Origin: Octopus vulgaris
Lineage: Eukaryota
Direction: 5' to 3'
NCBI GenBank assembly: GCA_951406725.2
Contig: OX597832.1
Coordinates: forward strand, 38,564,001 to 38,628,000
Length of the DNA: 64,000 nucleotides
Positions 58,080 through 64,000 of this stretch are shown here, piece by piece. A program made the translations under genes and the position numbers. How positions within the stretch are numbered: the first letter of the stretch is position 1; every line of letters starts with the position of its first letter. The notes under the pieces were generated by a model. The model had not been told where the DNA came from. It made no database searches and was given only the letters and a program-made list of their open reading frames with translations.

Positions 58080-58385
58080 AATATGGTCCGTTGTCTTCTG
58101 CTGAATCGGGGTCATCTCTGACCCTAGAGTCACATCATGTCTTCATCTCATGGAGAGTACACGGCGTAAAATGTGTGCAGAACCTATCAACACTATTTTC
58201 TGAAGTTCTCCCACGTTAACTCTGCAAGGGAGTTTGTTGAGCTGCTTATCAAGGCCCTTTTTAATTAGCCCTAACGCTCCAATCCCCACTGGTGCTGTTC
58301 TACTTTTCATTCCCCACATCTTGGTCAATTCTATTTCTAGGTCTTTGTACTTAAATAACGTCTCAACTTCTTTAATGGACACTAT
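58080..58385 (-). mobile_element. R4/Dong-type LINE 3' fragment from a different family
   Basis: SIKEVETLFKYKDLEIELTKMWGMKSRTAPVGIGALGLIKKGLDKQLNKLP..LQKIVLIGSAHILRRVLSMR*; flanked by TTA/TTTA tracts. Confidence 0.88.
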
Positions 58386-59107
58386 TATTATTATTATGAT
58401 AATTATTATTAATATTATCCTTATTATTATTGTAAGACGATAAGCTGGTAGAATCGTAAGCACACCGGACAAAATGCTTAACAGTATTTCGTCCATCTTT
58501 ACATTCCGTGTTCCAATGTCACCGAAGTCGACTTTGTCTTTCATCTTTTCGGAATCGTTGAAATAACTACCAGTTGAACACTACGGTCGATATAATTGAC
58601 TAGTCTCCTCCCCAGAAAAGTATAATTAGACTAAAGACAGACAAACCCTCTCACGTAATCGATGAATCAGACTGTGTGCAAAAAGTAAATTAAAGTTTAG
58701 ATTAAGAAGGAAAATTACAGAAGCATTAGATGTGTACTTAAAACGGGATCAAATGCAAAAAATAAGTTACTTCTTACCTGTACTTTATTTGACCCAAAAT
58801 AATTTATAGTTACAGTATTTTAAATCAGATATCAAATGAACAAGCTAAATGTTTCTAAATGTTTTGTCTGATTTAAAAAGAATAGAAAGAAAATAATGAC
58901 CACTTTCAAAATATATCGCGCCGAATCTTATAAAGAAATATTAGAGTTTTTCACGAACACAAGGGAGTGGAACTCATATAGCTGGAAAACTCTTAGAAAA
59001 TCTCCTCCGTAAGACTACATCGTTGTCTACTAAAGGATAAGGAGAAACTTATACTAATTGCCATGAAATACAAACAAAACAAAAGAAAACAAAAGGATGT
59101 CTTCAAG

Positions 59108-59512
59108 GGCTGTGTGGTAAGTAGCTTGTTTACCAACCACATGGTTCCGGGTTCAGTCCTACTGCGTGGCACCTTGGGCAAGTGTCTTCTGCTATAGCCC
59201 CGGGCCGACCAATGGCTTGTGAGTGGATTTGGTAGACGGAAACTGAAAGAATCCTGTCGTATATATCTATATATATGTATATGTATGTGTGTGTGTGTGT
59301 TTGTGTGTCTGTGTTTATCCCCCTAGCATTACTTGACAACCGATGCTGGTGTGTTTACGTCCCCGTCACTTAGCGGTTCGACAAAAGACACCGATAGAAT
59401 AAGTACTGGGTTTACAAAGAATAAGTCCCGGGGTCGATTTGCTCGACTAAAGGCGGTGCTCCAGCATGGCCGCAGTCAAATGAGTGAAACAAGTAAAAGA
59501 GTAAAAGAGTAA
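59108..59512 (+). mobile_element. SINE family B, near full length
   Basis: ggctgtgtggtaagtagcttg..gggttcagtcc..ggcaccttgggcaagtg..(gtaaaaga)n. Confidence 0.92.
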
Positions 59513-60769
59513 AGGCAAAAAATATGTAACAAAGGTTGAAATGAGTGATAGAAATGGAATTAATCAGATCTAGCAGCAAAACCTGTGAACAGCAAAAACC
59601 TTTATGACATGATAAAGTGAAGAGAAGAAAATCCCCGACATGGCCCCCACCTAGAAAAGATGACTTGAGTAGACGTATTGTCCCTGTTGTTGTAGTATCT
59701 TTTGCTATTATAGTTAATGCGGATATCTTTAATCCATTTGTAGATGGCGTTGTTGTTAGTGAAATTCTTGGAGATAATATTTGAACGTTGCTGTTTTTAT
59801 TACTACCGTTATTGTTGTTTTGGCTGGGGTTTTTTTTTTAACTATAAGGCTCATCCATTGCTGATGTTGTTGATGCTGTTGATGTAATCGTTGTTACTGC
59901 AATTATTGTTACATTTGCTGCTGTTACTGTTTTATGGTATGGCGTTGTTGTTGATTTTTTTTTCTGTAATGCTGGTTTCAGTACCATGGAACCTCTTGTC
60001 CATTGTTTGATTTCACTGACGATTCTGTCATTGACCAAATTCGTCAATAGAATATTCATAATACTGTCGATCCCGGTCCATTTCATTGAGGTCTATATAC
60101 CACTGGGTTACCTTAAACATACAAGATATTAGCACAATAAATAGAAAGGATAGTGAGACACGAAGAACATAAAAGCAAATAAAAGAAACCAGCAGACAAG
60201 ACACTATTCCACACCATGATGCCTTCTCGTGATTATAGAATTCGTCACGTAACCAACTGAATTACTCTACAGCAAAATCTTATATTGAAACTGAATCTTG
60301 AAGAATTTTGGCAATAGTAGAGACAGAGGCACCAAGCCGAGTTTGTAAGTTATAAAGGGGTGGGCGTGCATAAGAGAGTGAGAGGAAAGACAGAAGTAGT
60401 AAGGAAATGAGATAGGAGTAGAAAATGAGTTGGTGATGTAAGAGTGGGCGTGACCAATATATTTTGTTGAAATTAAAAGTGAAAGTGGAATTCAAAGTTT
60501 AGCCACGTGAGATAGAGAAAGAGTGAGGTAATGAAAGAGAAGAAAGATGAAAGGAAGACAGATAGGTAGGCGGGAGAAAAGAATAGAAAGAAAGTAAGAG
60601 AAGTGAATGAAATAAAGAAACAAGAGAAGATATAAAAAGATTCAAACAAAAACGAAGAAAAGAAAATCAGATGGGAGATTTTGGGGAAGTTTTAAGGACA
60701 GATAATGAGAATGTGAGTGTTAAAATGACGGCAAAAATTTTGTTTTATTTTAGAAATAGAGAGACAGAG

Positions 60770-60826
<57 letters not shown>

Positions 60827-60831
60827 CTCTA

Positions 60832-60923
<92 letters not shown>

Positions 60924-61355
60924 ATATATATATATATATAAAGTATATATATATATATATAAAGTATATATATATAAAGTGTGTGTGTTTGGATGTTTAA
61001 TATATACATATATAGATAGATAATTTCGTATGAATACGTACACACAAACACACATACACACACACATACACACAGATGGACGGACAGAGGATTTTTGTAA
61101 ATATATGTAATAAAATGAGGAAGTGAAAAATGACGTCATGGAAATCATAGAAATGCTCTACAGACACCTGTCAGTTATCAATAACCGATCTACCCGAGTA
61201 GTTTATATATTTTAATCAAGGCGTCACATCCACTTTGTCTCAATCAATCATAGTCACTAATGCGGGTACATGAGCGAACAGGTACACACATACCTATGTC
61301 TGTCAGTTATTCTCTCTCATTCTCTTACCTCTCTTTCTCTTTTCTCCTCTCACCC

Positions 61356-61409
<54 letters not shown>

Positions 61410-61737
61410 TATGTATATATGTATACGTGTGCATATCTATATGTTCATGTACAAGCATATATATATGTATATATATATACATATACATATATATACATGT
61501 ATATACACATATGGAGAGTTTACGAAAAACTCTATATACACATACATACATACAAACATTCGTAGGTACGGACATACATACATACATACAGAGAAAGTTT
61601 CAAACCTTGTGCCTATAGTAGAAAGGATTATTACCAAATTGTATGACACAATGTGTTAATAATTAATCAGCTTCAGAATGGCGTGTAGCAATATCCGTAT
61701 TACCCATCTGTTTTATGTTTTATTACTGTACACACAC

Positions 61738-61776
<39 letters not shown>

Positions 61777-61952
61777 TATACATTCACATATATACCTGTA
61801 TGAATGCTTCAGTGTGAATATATATATATATATGTATGTATGTATGCATGTATGTATGTATGTATGTATATATATATATATATATATATATTTTATACCT
61901 ATCTATCCATCGATCTATAAATATATATATACATAAATGTATATATATATGC

Positions 61953-62001
<49 letters not shown>

Positions 62002-62659
62002 GCACACACATACATAGATACAAACATGCGCACATACATATATGTATGCATGTATGCCTAGTAATATAACATGAAAACATACACCTTATCGTGATAAACT
62101 CCGTGTGTCACAGGACTGTGGATGTACATCTGTAATATCGACCAAAACATAGAAGTGGAAGTCGTTGAAAAGATGACGGACAAATTATCCTCAGCGGGCT
62201 TTGAACTCATCCTAGAGATCAAATCCCGTAGCTCAATCTATCCCCCACGCCCTTATCACTCTCAATTCGTATCTTGAATGATATCACAATTACCTGAAGT
62301 TTTTATTCGTATTCCTTGTGGAGGTAGCGGTTACATCACTCCAACCAGACACGTTCATGATAATTCAATGTGCAAAAACAATTATCGTTGTTGCACCCAC
62401 AGTACCTTTGAAGGACAAATAAGACATTTCCCGCCTGCTAAAGAGGAACAAATAGGATATGGTCAACGAAGCACTTGTCAAGGGAAGTCACGTGGCATAA
62501 TTCTTTATAGAAGTCGGTTGCCGCAGATTTTCTGTTGTGTCGGTGTGCTATCTCCTACAGAAAATTGATCAGAAACCCTGGCAGCTGAAGAAAACCATCA
62601 AAGAAGAGAGACATGGCTGCTGATATCAGCTCAAAAAAGGGTTGTGGTTGAAAAGCGAT

Positions 62660-63040
<381 letters not shown>

Positions 63041-63609
63041 TTTCTCTATTATAAACTATTTATCCATGTGATGCGATGTGTGATACACTGTTTGGAAGAA
63101 GAAGAAGAAGAAGAAGAAGAAGAATTTAAATGTTCTCTCCACATGTAAGTAACAACCACATTAGCAACATCAGTAATAAGAAGGTCGATAATTTATTCAT
63201 CCACGTGACACCATTGTCACAAACTATGTGTTTGCGTATGTTCCGAGGTGAGAGCATCATTCAACGCCAATTTCTGATAAACGATTTATCCACGTGACAG
63301 CTGGTGTAAAACAATAAGGAAGTCAGACGTTTCCGGTTTCACAAATGATTCGTCAAAAAGTTATTCGGAAAAAAATAATCGAAAGAAGAGTTCAGACAGG
63401 AAGAATGAGGAAACAGTCAAACGATATTGCTGAAGGGAAAAACTTTTGAAATTTCGGTTTTACTTATTCTTTAAATATTTTTATTACTTATTCACATATG
63501 TGTATTTCTACACAGAAGATGGCTACGTCTATATATACGCACGCACACACACACGCCTATATATCATGTATTACAATGTATTACATACACACACATGTAT
63601 ATGTCTACG

Positions 63610-63670
<61 letters not shown>

Positions 63671-63708
63671 TTATGTATATATATATGTATATATAAATAT
63701 ATATGTAT

Positions 63709-63739
<31 letters not shown>

Positions 63740-63908
63740 CATATATATGTGTATATAAATATATATATGTATATATATATATATAAATATATATATACAT
63801 AAATGTGTATATAAATGTGTGTGTATATATATATATCTGTATATATTCATAATTATATACACATATTTAAACATGTATATGTTATATATATATATATGTT
63901 ATATATAT

Positions 63909-63948
<40 letters not shown>

Positions 63949-64000
63949 AGTCTGTGTGTATGTGTGTATGTGCGTGTGTGTGCGTGCGCATACACTCATA

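Noticed and set aside
62112-62277. Protein-like short frame LWMYICNIDQNIEVEVVEKMTDKLSSAGFELIL..
   Set aside because: Overlaps a decayed minus-strand SINE A core (gaaaagatgacggacaaa..cctcagcgggctttgaactc).
63320-63360. Minus-strand TTGACGA...GAAACGTC minimal hammerhead
   Set aside because: No stem I pairing.

Overview
Eukaryotic, AT-rich, microsatellite-saturated DNA with no recognisable host protein-coding gene. Nearly all listed ORFs are translations of (TA)n, (TG)n, (TATG)n, (AAT)n, (GAT)n and (GGT)n tracts. The repeat spectrum and SINE families suggest an octopod cephalopod (Octopus-like) intron or intergenic region; this is inference, not verified. The window holds more than 25 tRNA-derived SINE copies from at least three families, two decayed mariner transposons, a complete non-autonomous Helitron, a Helitron helicase remnant, several R4/Dong-type (RLE) LINE 3' fragments in (TAA)n arrays, and two Penelope-like (PLE) GIY-YIG fragments. 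The main signal is a set of type I hammerhead ribozyme (HHR) motifs. An intact HHR (35447-35505) lies in a non-coding, self-complementary 476-bp unit with terminal redundancy and an inverted 5' extension, i.e. a retrozyme-like/PLE-derived element. A near-intact HHR lies in a ~346-bp terminally redundant unit (5858-5927), another sits directly downstream of a PLE GIY-YIG remnant (54182-54222), and several decayed relics occur elsewhere. Other notable items: SINE dimers with the same junction at four loci, a local inverted templated duplication inside the Helitron helicase, and several motif-dense unique islands. Coordinates were read by eye; ends of decayed elements are approximate.
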